Below are positions 44,240 through 55,103 of a stretch of 64,000 nt of DNA, one piece after another. The DNA lies in the sequence record MN988522.1; one strand, given 5' to 3'. Both the position numbers and the translations under genes were made by a program. The stretch's first letter is position 1; each line of letters starts with the position of its first letter. The notes beneath the pieces were generated by a model. The model was not told where the DNA came from, searched no databases, and saw only the letters and a list, made by a program, of their open reading frames with translations.

Positions 44240-44751
44240 TCCGGATCGTCTGGGTCCTCTGGAAAAGGAGAATCGTATGTCAATGGTTGTGTCTCTGTAT
44301 CGTGCTAAGTTTTCTAGCAAGTTCGCAGGATCTGGTGAGTTTCCGATCTATGCTTTGAACTTGAAGGATGCTGAGGATCGTGCTGAGAAGATCTTCTTCC
44401 TCATGAATGTGAAGGTCGATGGTGATACCTTCACATCTGAAGTCGCTCTGGTTGAATTCTGAGGAGAACGATCTTGTACATTAATGGTTGGATGACCAAT
44501 GTCAATGTGAGTGAGATTGCTCAGACCAAGAAGTTCATCGAGGAGAACGATGGTCTCGATCTCAAGGTCGATACAACTGGTGCTAATGGTCCTGAGTACA
44601 AGTGGACCCAGTACTGCGATGACGATGAGGACATGGTGAAGATCGCTGCGGTCATGATGTTCTACAACGATCGTAGTCCTGAGCAGATCGAGGAGTTCAA
44701 ATCTGATCTCCGTGAACTGATGAAGAAGTATCCACGTGTATAACTCAATCT

Positions 44752-44784
44752 GGGAGCATGTCTTCGGATGTGCTCCCTATTTCT
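44752..44784 (+). terminator. Rho-independent terminator
   Basis: GGGAGCATGTC-TTCG-GATGTGCTCCC then TATTTCT. Confidence 0.7.
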
Positions 44785-45242
44785 CTGGAGATATGAAATG
44801 TCAAGTCGTCAAGATCTGAGTACTCCTCATCGTTGCCTCGTATCGAAGTGCAAGGGATCTCTTGTAGATCCTAAAGACTCGTATGGGAAGTATGCATACT
44901 GGTGGGGTAAGGTAGATCATCCTCGTGATAGTGGATGGCACAATGCTCCTCGTCCTGAGAACTATGGAGCACAGTCATGACGTCAGTCGTAGCTGAGTGG
45001 TACAATGTCAAGTTCGTTGACATGAATGAGGAGTTCAACTTCTCTGAGATGTCTCTCGTTCGTCGATCCTTGGATATCTCGTACTCCAAGATCCCTGATC
45101 AGAAACCTACGATGGTCGCTGAGCCTCAGGTACCTGGACTGTGGTATCTGATGGATGCTAACAATCAGTGCGTAGGTCAGGTCAAGCATATGAGATTCGG
45201 ATCAACGATCCTCACTGAGCCGACTCACTTCTGATTAATTAT

Positions 45243-45279
45243 GGGTAGTATGCCGAGAGGTATGCTACCCTATTCTTTT
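45243..45279 (+). terminator. Rho-independent terminator
   Basis: GGGTAGTATGCC-GAGA-GGTATGCTACCC then TATTCTTTT. Confidence 0.75.
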
Positions 45280-46093
45280 GTCCATATGGAGATGACTACA
45301 ATGAGAATGTCCAGTATTAAGCATGAGATGAAATTGTTCATCGTCAAGTCAGCTGATGGTACTCAGACTCTTGTCGAGAATGATGGAGATGGTCCTGAGT
45401 TCATCTTCACAGAAGATACAAAGATCTCTTCTGGAGACGATACTCGTCAGATCGTAGTATCGTCGAACAAGGGTGATCTCCAGATGGTATGTGGATCATT
45501 CTTGACGGATGAAGAACGATCCAATGTCAAGATTATCGAGACCACAGGATCGATCAGGATCTATGTCGCTCCAGGAGATCTTCTCTGATGTCGTATGAAG
45601 GATACGGAGAGTACATCTGCCTGAGTGGTCACTATGTGAAGGCTCGAGACATCTTTGATCATCCTGAGACTGAATGTGCTATCTGCAAGTCAGGGATGAA
45701 GTACTACCACTCAGTCGATGTGACCAATGGTTATGATGAGACGAGTGCGATGTCATGTGATGCTCCCAAGATCGTGATCGGATCTGATGACTGGTGGCAG
45801 ACTGATCACTACGACAATCGATATGCTCAGAGGATCCATCTGTATGGAATTCCTGAGGGTATGAATCCATGGATCGATTTACAATCGTCAGAATCCTAAC
45901 ATGTTGAGGGGTACAGGATTCTGACGGTCGACCTGAGCATGTCGTTATAAAGGCTCATCAATTTCATAGGAGACACATTATGAATCATGAGAAACTCTAT
46001 CGTCGATTTCTGATCATCAAGATAGTCGGACTATCACTCGTAGCTATCGGATTAATATGGCTATCTAAACTACCGAATTAATTCTCAAACAAA

Positions 46094-46136
46094 TAGGTGC
46101 ACTTGAGGTCGTAGAAGGATTCTTCTTCAGGAAGGG
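46094..46136 (+). promoter_or_regulatory. Repeated element, copy 12
   Basis: TAGGTGCACTT-N12-GGATTCTTCTTCAGGAAGGG; ATG 46177 follows. Confidence 0.75.
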
Positions 46137-46669
46137 TTGCCCTGGTAGGGAACTCGAGAATTGTCTTTAAGGAGAAATGAAAATGTTCGCTATCGTTGCT
46201 GCTAATGGAAAGTCCTCTCAGCCGATCCGCAAGACTGGTCAGGAGACGATCTGGGGACTTGATGATGTGAAGAGGATCAAGCAGTTCAAGACTGCTAAGA
46301 AGGCTCAAGAGTTCATCGACGAGAAGTTGTCCTGGGATGGGTACTCCTTCGAGGTTGTACCGATGTCTGAAGTTCACAAGTACTACTGGATCAATCGTGA
46401 ACTCAGTCAGGATGCTTCGATGGTAGCGATGTTCTCCGACAAGATCAAGAAGTTCCGTGAGCTGGTCGAGGATGCTACCAAGCAAGGTGATGTGAATCGT
46501 GCTGCCTATCTCAATAGCGTTATCCGCGACAGTCTCTTCCGGATCATCGGATCTGGTCAGACTGAAGAGGAATTCCACTACTCCGGTATCGCTCGCTAAG
46601 AATACCTCCTGAGCCATGAGGTTAAACTGGCTCCATTTCTTGTATCTAAACGTAATAGTTAGTACGAGA

Positions 46670-46711
46670 TAGGTTCAGTTAGGGTCCTAAGAGGATTCTT
46701 CCTTAGGAGGG
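46670..46711 (+). promoter_or_regulatory. Repeated element, copy 13
   Basis: TAGGTTCAGTT-agggtcctaaga-GGATTCTTCCTTAGGAGGG (spacer identical to copy 4); ATG 46755 follows. Confidence 0.75.
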
Positions 46712-49700
46712 CTTGAAGAACCAGCCCAGAGAATTGTCTTTAAGGAGAAATGCAATGAACAAGATTTCTGAAGTAGTCCGCGATGTTGAGTTCACCTTTT
46801 ATTGCACTGGTGGATTCCGTACGAAGGACATGACAATCTTCGCTAAAATTGATCAGCACTTCTTCAATGAAATCTGTGCTCGTCAGTACGCTAACTTTCC
46901 TAAGCAGCTTCCTCTGAAAGGTAAGGAGACTGCTGATGGTGTACTGATCGGATGGCTCGATTACAAGAAGAATCGGTACCATGCTGAAACGACTATCGGT
47001 CACGCGATGTACTACAATCGTCTTCGCGATACGATCTAAGGAGAATAAATAATGGCTGACAAGTCAAAAGATAAGGATCGTGAGAAGAGATCTCGTCGTT
47101 ATGCTGATCTCGTCTCGAGGTTCTACTCTCGTCAGGTAGAAGGAGACTTGGATAAGTCTCTGGTGAATGCTTACATCTCCAGTCAGTCTGCTCCGTCAAT
47201 GGATCTCGTTGACGTGATGGATGCTATTGTCGCGTATGGTGATGCGAGAGTAGCTGAAGCTAAGCAGAAATGGAAAGGATCTAAGTGATGGCTAAGAAAC
47301 GTTCTCGTAGCGACGTAGTCTACTCGATCGCTAATCTCTTGATCGTACTCGGTCAGGAGAAATCAATTGTGGATCTGATGAATCAGGTTCTCGCCTATCA
47401 GGACGTGACAACGGACGATGATCTCGAGATTCATCTCAGAGCGATGATCAAGCCTGTCGAGTCTGACTGGAAACTCAAAGGATCCAAGACGAAGATGGAC
47501 GATGAAGTAATCGTCGAAGTCGATCCTTATCTCGAAGGGATTAAGGATCGTGGTCAGTAATAAAACGAATCTCGTAGCAGAATCTCCTGAAGAGAAGATG
47601 GAGAATCTCGCTCATGAAATCTGGGCAGTAGCTCAGACATCTCCAGGTGAAGGTATCGAGGATGGAGTACAGCGTATCCTCGATCTTCTGAAGGAGACTG
47701 TCATCATGAAGATGGATGACAAGGATATGGATATCGAGAACGATCCTACATGGGATGAGTTCGAGATCCCTCGTCCTCCTAAGGAGTGGAAGTGATGGCC
47801 AATCGGATTAATCGTGGGATCTACAAGTTCACATACAAGAATATCAAATTTGAACTGGAGAGATATCCTGATAGATCCTGGCATCTTTTCTACGAAGATG
47901 AGTCTTGTCCTCGTGAGTGGATTAATGACTACAGTACTAAGAGACTAGCAATCACTCGAGCTAAGGAGATGGCAGACAATGGCTCACTCAGTTGATCGTC
48001 AGGAAGATGGTACCATTGTTGTCACATGGGACAATGGACGTAAGACCGTACGTACTGCTAAGTTCAGCAGTGATTCTATCATGCGTACGGATCCTCTTGG
48101 TGGACTAGTGAAGGATCATACGGACGATGAGATCTTCGCCTATGCTCAGTACTCCATCAAGGCGATCCGTAGAATGAAGAGATCAATGAAGGGATTATTG
48201 TAATGGTTTATCATGCAACTGAGGCTCATCGAATGGCATGTCAATATGCTAATGAGATGACGGATATTGAGTATCCGGATGTTGCTCGAGCTAGTGATAC
48301 GAGTGACTCTCATGAGTACTGGCTGAAGATGTACGACGAGAAGATTCTGGAGCAGATGAAGAAGTCTGTCATGGAAGAGAATAACAATGGCTGACTATAT
48401 CCGACTCTATCGTCCTGAAGGTAAGGGAGTATGTCTCGAGTTTGCTCGTGCGAACGACTATGAGACTGCTACCAAGTTCGCTGATCTCTTCAAGGAGATC
48501 ATGCCTAAGAAGTTCAACTGGTTTCATCAAGGTGGATATACCTCCAGTGGTGAATCATCGGACTGGCATCTCTTTGAATTCTGGGGATATGATAGTAATC
48601 CTCTCAGGATCCGATGCTACTGTGTAGTCCTGGCGGACATGTTGGGACTATCGCTGATGATCCATGACTCTGCAGGAGAGGCTGTGACGATATGATCAAG
48701 ATATACATTCAACGTATAGGCTCTCAGAGCGGTGACCACCTTATTCAGGAGATTCCTGAAGAAATAAAGATCAAGGATTGTCATGTAGATCTCGAGAGAC
48801 TGTTCCAGAGTGTCTACAATCTTGGTCGACGTGATGAGCGTGATGAGATCAATAGCGATCTCATTCAATTAATGAACAGGAGACGTTAAGATGATTTATC
48901 GTGTATGGTACTGGTCGTCCAATGGATACTGGAAGCATTTTCAGGATCATGAGAAGGTCGAAGCTGCAAATGAGTGCATGGCGATCTTGATGAGACCTGA
49001 TAGTCTCAAGCCTGGACTGATGCATATCGTTCCTAAGAATCATCCGTTCACTGATCGTGTCGTTGACATGACTGAAAACTTCTACATTCCTGAGGATGGT
49101 GAGGACTTCGTACCTTCTGAAGGTCAGATCATCTACGGTCAGAAAGCGATTGATGCATTCAATCCGACGTTCAATGTCGTCAGTAAAAAGTCCTCATGGT
49201 CTCCAATGGTAAGGAAGTACGACTGGTGATTGAAGAAACTCACAAGAATCATCCTGGAGTGACTGCTAGTGAATGTCCTGCCAGGATCACTGTTAATGCT
49301 CAGCCATCTTCCAACCATGGCAGTGGATACGCATGTAGTGTAACTGGTGGTCATTGCATACCATCATCCGACTGTGATGCTCGGAGAAAGATCTGGAGGG
49401 ATCATAATGAAGTTCAAACGTGAATTCTATACTGTTGAGGATAGCACAGGTAAGCTGATCCTCATTCGAGATGAGATCGGATCGTACATCTTCATGTTGA
49501 AGGAAGTGATCGAACGTCTCGAACTCCAGGATCAGATCGTAATGGACTCTGATCGTCGGCATCTTGTAGGAGTCTGTGTAGATTGGCATCTACCTACTCC
49601 GAAGATCGTACCTGTGTCCGTCGAAGTTGAGATCGTTGTCAAGGAGTCTGCATAATGTGGAAGTGGCTATGTGGATTCTTTGGTTCATTCGAGGATCCTA

Positions 49701-51722
49701 TTGTTGCATCAGAGGATCCGTCTGTTCCGACATTCGTCACATGTTCGTACAACTACGTGCATCGTGACAATTCGAATAAGATCCATTTCTGGAGTCATCC
49801 GTACAGACATCCGTATCAAGTCTATGGTGGTCCTCATCATCCTGAACCTAGTACTGCTACTCAGTCTGAGAGAAGACAGATATGGACTAATGTCTACGAT
49901 CTGCCAGGATATGAGCTCATCGAGGATGACTATACGGATCGTCTGTATCTCGTATGGAGACATGAAGGATATGTCAACGAGTACGAGCCATATGCTAGTG
50001 CATTCGGGTCACGTAGGAAGAAGGTAGCACTGGCATGAGCGGACCTCGAATGAAGTACGTGACTGTAGCAGGTTATGGTGAGGATGAGATATACATCTTC
50101 AATGAGACATTGTCTCATCAGAACTTCTGCTTCAGGATGAACATCGATCCTAAAGATGTTATGACTGCAGGATTCTTCACTGTCGATCCTAGTAATGGTC
50201 CGAAGTTCTTCGGTAAATCGACTACTCTGAGGAAAGAGTCGAGTCCTGCTGATCTGATAATCTTCAAACGTCATTGTGGATGGGACGATTAAGATGAATG
50301 ACTTATTCATATCTAACAAATTCAGTGAGCTTAAGTCGACTGGACTGAGTCTCACTAAGAAAGAGACCGTTGTCGTACATAAGTATGTATCGATCGGAGG
50401 AGTCTCTTTCGATGTCGAGGAGTTGTTAGACTTCTTTGATGACATCGACTCGAATGTATGGACTGTCGAGAAGACTGGTAAGATTCTTATCGAGTACGGA
50501 ATCCTCGAGAGTCTTGGTAGTCAGAGATGGATGACAGGTGCTGGTAAGGGACCTAACTTCGACGAATTTCAATCTATGTTAAGGAATATTGCAGATGAAT
50601 GACTTGATCGAATCACTTCAGATCTTCTCGAAGTATTTCAGAGCAGATAGCTATGCTCCGATTCATTGTGAACATGACATCCTAATGTTATGTGTAGCAG
50701 ATGTGGAGGTCTTTAATCATATCGACCATACTGATGCTAATCGAGTCATCGAGTTAGGATGGCACTGGTCAAATGAATTCAACTGCTGGTGCTCATTTAG
50801 ATTCGGGAGTTGCTGATATGTCCCAGAGAGTATCCGAGTTGATGAAGAAAGAACTACCTCATGTCGAGGACCATGGATCTGTGAAGATTACCTATTCACT
50901 CAGTCCGAATGGATTGATCCTTGGTATCCATGCTGGTTATCTTACCTTCATGATGGATAAGAAAGCAGTAGGTGAGTTTGTCGATGAACTTACTGATCAG
51001 TACAGAAAGATGAAGGAAGAATAAGATGCGCATTGCAGATGTCCTCGTAGGTCAGCATTTCACATTCGATCTTGCCAGAGGTCGATTCACCTACGAGAAA
51101 CTCAAGAAGGGATATGTTCGATCAGATGGATTGAAGATCCGTAAGGCTCAGTGGCTACCTGACTTCGAAGTAGAACTTGTACAGACTCCTCGTGGGATCG
51201 AAGAGCTTCACTCTCATTCTGATGAGAATGGATCTGTCCGAGTACTGAAGGTACCGATCGAGAATGTCCAGATGATCGTCCAGATGCACTTTGCAGGTAT
51301 GAAGGATGGAGTCAAGTCAAACATCCTTGTGAAGTCATCTGATGGCAAGGATCTAGAAGTGGATCATATGCTCGTATTCCTGGAGCAGAGAGTGTGACTG
51401 AGTCAGATAAGCCTATCAGACCTACTGGTAAATCGATCTCGACTGGTAAGTCTATGAGTCCTGTCGAGTATATGAAGATATACGAAGAGATTGTCAAAGT
51501 CGTTGTAATTGATCATCGGAGGAGATTCTATGGAAGATCAGAAACCTAGACTAGGTGAGATCATCGAGGACTGCTACCTGTATGGTCATACAACACTGTT
51601 GACAGGATTCGTTGTAAGGATTCTTGAGATCGACGGTGATGATGTCTCGATTGAGTTCGAGGATTATCGAGACAATACTGTTAATTGGACTATCAAGTCG
51701 AATTTCATTAAGGAGATTACTG

Positions 51723-52019
51723 ATGAAACAACTTGATCTGACTCCTGAGCAGATTGAGTTCCGAGATCTACTCCTGGAGAATATCTATCAGAGTTATCCA
51801 GACGACTGGAAGACATGGACGATCGATGAGAAGGTACGTAATCGTTGTGGGAATATCTCTCCTCCATTCTCTAAGTTCTTCGGTTTGACAATTGCATCAG
51901 GATTCTGTAATGATCAACCTCACTTCTGGTGTAAGGATAGTGAAGGTAATATCATCGATCCTACACGTGAACAATTTGGTCCTGGACCATACGAATATGA
52001 GGAGAATGCACATGACTGA
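51723..52019 (+). CDS. Paralog of the 41465 Cys-His-Asp protein
   Basis: NRCGNI...HFWC...IIDPTREQF. Confidence 0.45.
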   Translation: MKQLDLTPEQIEFRDLLLENIYQSYPDDWKTWTIDEKVRNRCGNISPPFSKFFGLTIASGFCNDQPHFWCKDSEGNIIDPTREQFGPGPYEYEENAHD

Positions 52020-52706
52020 ACATAATCATCGTCGAGGTACGAAATCAACAACTCGACATACTAAAGAATCGGTCGAGAGCAGACTGTACACTCGAGCAGA
52101 TATCGGTGGATTCAATAAGTTCTTGAATCGATTCATTACACCTAACTGTGGACTTGAAGTGATTGAGAGAGGTAAGGTAGGACTAGCTCACTCTAAAGCT
52201 GGTGCTAAGAAGTACGTCAGATCTCGTACTCGATTCCATGAGAATGCTGCTACTCGTCAATTAGCTAAGGAAATCAGTGATGACTGAAGTCGTAATGAAT
52301 ACCACATACTACACGATGATGGATGAGGACAAGAAGATGGTCCTCACTGACTATCAAGGTCGACGTATGTTCATGTTAATGAGTGAGCTCATCCAACGTA
52401 ATATCGAGGACATGATTGTCCTTGGTGATCAGGATAGCTTGTACGAAGAGTCCAAGCACTTCACAGGTATTAAGATCATCATCGTACCTGTTGCTACGAC
52501 AATGAGGATTCAGGTATGAGTGAACCTACCTACGCGATTCATGTCCTGGATACTCTGAAGTCATCATATCATTGTTCATACAATGAGGCTATGGTAAGGG
52601 GTCAGACGATCAGTCGTAGTCGAGGTTTTACGAAGATCGATGATCGTACCATAGCATTCTTCGATAAAGAAGGATCTCTGAAGGTACTCGTTCAACGAGA
52701 ATAACG

Positions 52707-52762
52707 ATTCAGCTTATTCCAGTGGGATAAGCCTTCCTAGTTGTGAAGGAATATGGAGACTA
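52707..52762 (+). repeat. Second repeated leader element, copy B
   Basis: ATTCAGC-(hairpin)-AGCCTTCCTAGTTGTGAAGG-AA-TATGGAGACTA. Confidence 0.6.
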
Positions 52763-52990
52763 CAATGGGTATGTTTAATGAAGTCATCATCAAATGTCCT
52801 AAGTGTGAAGGTACATTCATCGAGCAGACTAAGTCAGGTTCATGTTTGCTGAAGACATTCAGACTGGAATGTGCTCCTGCAGAAGAGCTCAGTGGACTAC
52901 TGACAGATGATGGTAGTGTATGGTGCCAGAATTGTGGAGCTAAGCTAGGTCTTCAGATTCAGGTACGTGTCGTAGAGAAAGATAGCGAAG

Positions 52991-53392
52991 ATGGATGGAG
53001 AAGTATCTGAGGATCTTGAAGAGGTAGCTCGGAATCTAGAAGAGATCACTCGAAAGATGCATGAGGAAGCTCGAGAGATTCTGAGGAATCGTCCTAAGAG
53101 ATTCAAGATTCCTCGTGCTAAGATCATTGACCCTATCGAGAAGATTATCATGGATGGTCTCGATAAGGCTAACATTAAATACATTCATGACAGTAACAAT
53201 CCTAAGCATCATCGTCTGGATTTCTATCTTCCAACCATAGGAATCTTTATTGAAGTTAAACAATTTCATTCAATGAGAATTGCTGAGCAGATGGCACGAG
53301 TTGATAATGTGATTGTAATCCAAGGTCGTCATGCAGCAGAAATGTTCGTCAAGATGATTAACTCTTCAACTGACATTAAGGATTACGACTGA
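52991..53392 (+). CDS. PD-(D/E)xK / DUF559-like endonuclease
   Basis: RLDFYLP...IFIEVK motif; the real start may be slightly downstream. Confidence 0.6.
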   Translation: MDGEVSEDLEEVARNLEEITRKMHEEAREILRNRPKRFKIPRAKIIDPIEKIIMDGLDKANIKYIHDSNNPKHHRLDFYLPTIGIFIEVKQFHSMRIAEQMARVDNVIVIQGRHAAEMFVKMINSSTDIKDYD

Positions 53393-54323
53393 TGAGATGG
53401 GGACGACATAATCAGAGTGACTGGTATAAGGATAGTGGACTGTATGTCCTGGAGTTATGTGGATCTTACTACATGACTGTATGGAGTAAGGATTCACTAC
53501 CTCAGGCTCTACGTACTCTGAGTAACTGGAATAGTGAAGTCATCTCCGTAGTAAGATCTGACGAGGATGGATGGGAGTTCACCTATACGATTGTATCGAA
53601 GGTATCTCATCGAGTAGCAGATCAGAATAAAGTACAGTTTCACTTGATGGAGACTCTCAAGAATGTAGGTCACTATGAGGGATAGGTTGATGCGATACGA
53701 AGAAGCATTGAGTATGCGTAAGGATGGTCAGTACATCTATCGTGCAAGTGAGAAGTACGTCAAGTACTATTCTGGCGATGAGGTACCGGATATCTATAAG
53801 GGTGCATCTGATTGGAAGATAGGGAATAACAATGAGTGACAAGATCACTGGACATGAGTTCGAGATCCTGCTGACGTACGACGATAAGCATCGACTCGTA
53901 AGTGTCAATACTGAGATTCTGAGTCTAGCCAAGCTAGGTAAGCCATACTATGAGACGACGAACCTCGTGGACATGGATGTACATCGTATCAAGATTGGCG
54001 CGGAAAATTCTCGAGAGATCATCGTTAAATCGAGCATCCTTGATGAGTTCTGGGATCATCATCTGAAATCCTCTGGACTGGATCCTGAGGACCATGACGT
54101 AGCGAAGATCGAGCAGTGGATCCATAGCCGTCTGAACGATCCTACCGTGACATCCATTACATTCTCTCCTGACTGCTCTCTCGTCACTGATGGAGATGCA
54201 TTCTGGTTTGATACCTAATGTCGTAGTCGGACATAAACTTGACTTGCAATAGCTCGCATAGTAACTGTCATTCTACGCATGAGGAGCATCATATGACTAC
54301 CATCGCCTACATTACTGGTTCAT

Positions 54324-55103
54324 ATGTTAAATCAAGAAATCGAATACATTATCCATCGAGATGCTGATGATAAAAGATACGCAGATCGATACATTAAATT
54401 TATAAATAACTATATGCATCCTTCCCAGGAGAGCGGTGCGTGGCATCATGTTCTACCTAGATCGCTTTATAGTGAGCATGCAGAGAACCCGAACAACATC
54501 GTTAGATTATCACATCGTGCTCACTTTATCTCACATCGAATGCTTCTGAAAGTATTTAATACTCGTCAGATGTTCAATGCACTTCATCTTATGATTCATG
54601 GACATCGTGGAGACTATCGAGTACTCTCGAATAAGCAGTATCAAACATTCATGGATAAAAGATCTGAGCATCTCAGTGAATTCTTTCGTGAAGAGAGTCG
54701 AGGTGGAGTTAGTTGTATTGAAATATCAACTGGACGAAATGTCAGAGTCAGTCGTGAAACTTATCGATTAAATCCTGATAAGTATACGCACTGGTTTAAA
54801 TCTAATAATCCAGGTGGAGATACTGTTCATCTTCCGTGGTCTCATCCTCGTGCACTAGAGTCTACTAAAGTAATCTGGAGTATCTGTGATGAGATTCATA
54901 ATCTATGGTCAAATGTGTTCCGTAGTCAGAAGATGACGTACTATAATTTCATGTTACATTGTCAGAAAGAGACTGATTTCATTAAACGATTTGAAATCGA
55001 AATGCATCTCAAACCTGTACGTAGCATGATCCGTAAATTCGAATCAGGTTGGGATCCTACCTCAGATGAAAAGTGGATCAACTTTAGAAAGTCAAGACAA
55101 TGA
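54324..55103 (+). CDS. HNH homing endonuclease, free-standing
   Basis: HHVLPRS...N..NIVRLSHRAHFISH (HNH/MobE-like); overlaps the next ATG. Confidence 0.85.
   Translation: MLNQEIEYIIHRDADDKRYADRYIKFINNYMHPSQESGAWHHVLPRSLYSEHAENPNNIVRLSHRAHFISHRMLLKVFNTRQMFNALHLMIHGHRGDYRVLSNKQYQTFMDKRSEHLSEFFREESRGGVSCIEISTGRNVRVSRETYRLNPDKYTHWFKSNNPGGDTVHLPWSHPRALESTKVIWSICDEIHNLWSNVFRSQKMTYYNFMLHCQKETDFIKRFEIEMHLKPVRSMIRKFESGWDPTSDEKWINFRKSRQ

Noticed and set aside
45241-45300. ORF start at 45241 and starts inside the repeated element (14411, 32250, 46713, 58182)
   Set aside because: They overlap terminator or promoter sequence; RBS-supported starts lie downstream (about 45286-45325, 14447, 32274, 46755, 58224).
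21930-46653. TATCTAAACGT repeated after two terminators (21930, 46643)
   Set aside because: Only two copies with no conserved second box; insufficient to call a promoter.
54219-54323. Group I intron housing the HNH gene (likewise for the GIY-YIG at 2176)
   Set aside because: Flanking ORFs end and start normally, no interrupted conserved gene is evident and I saw no P7-like core; both look free-standing.
23390-54408. T4 late promoter TATAAATA at 23390 and 54401
   Set aside because: Both lie inside coding sequence in AT-rich patches, and no late genes follow.
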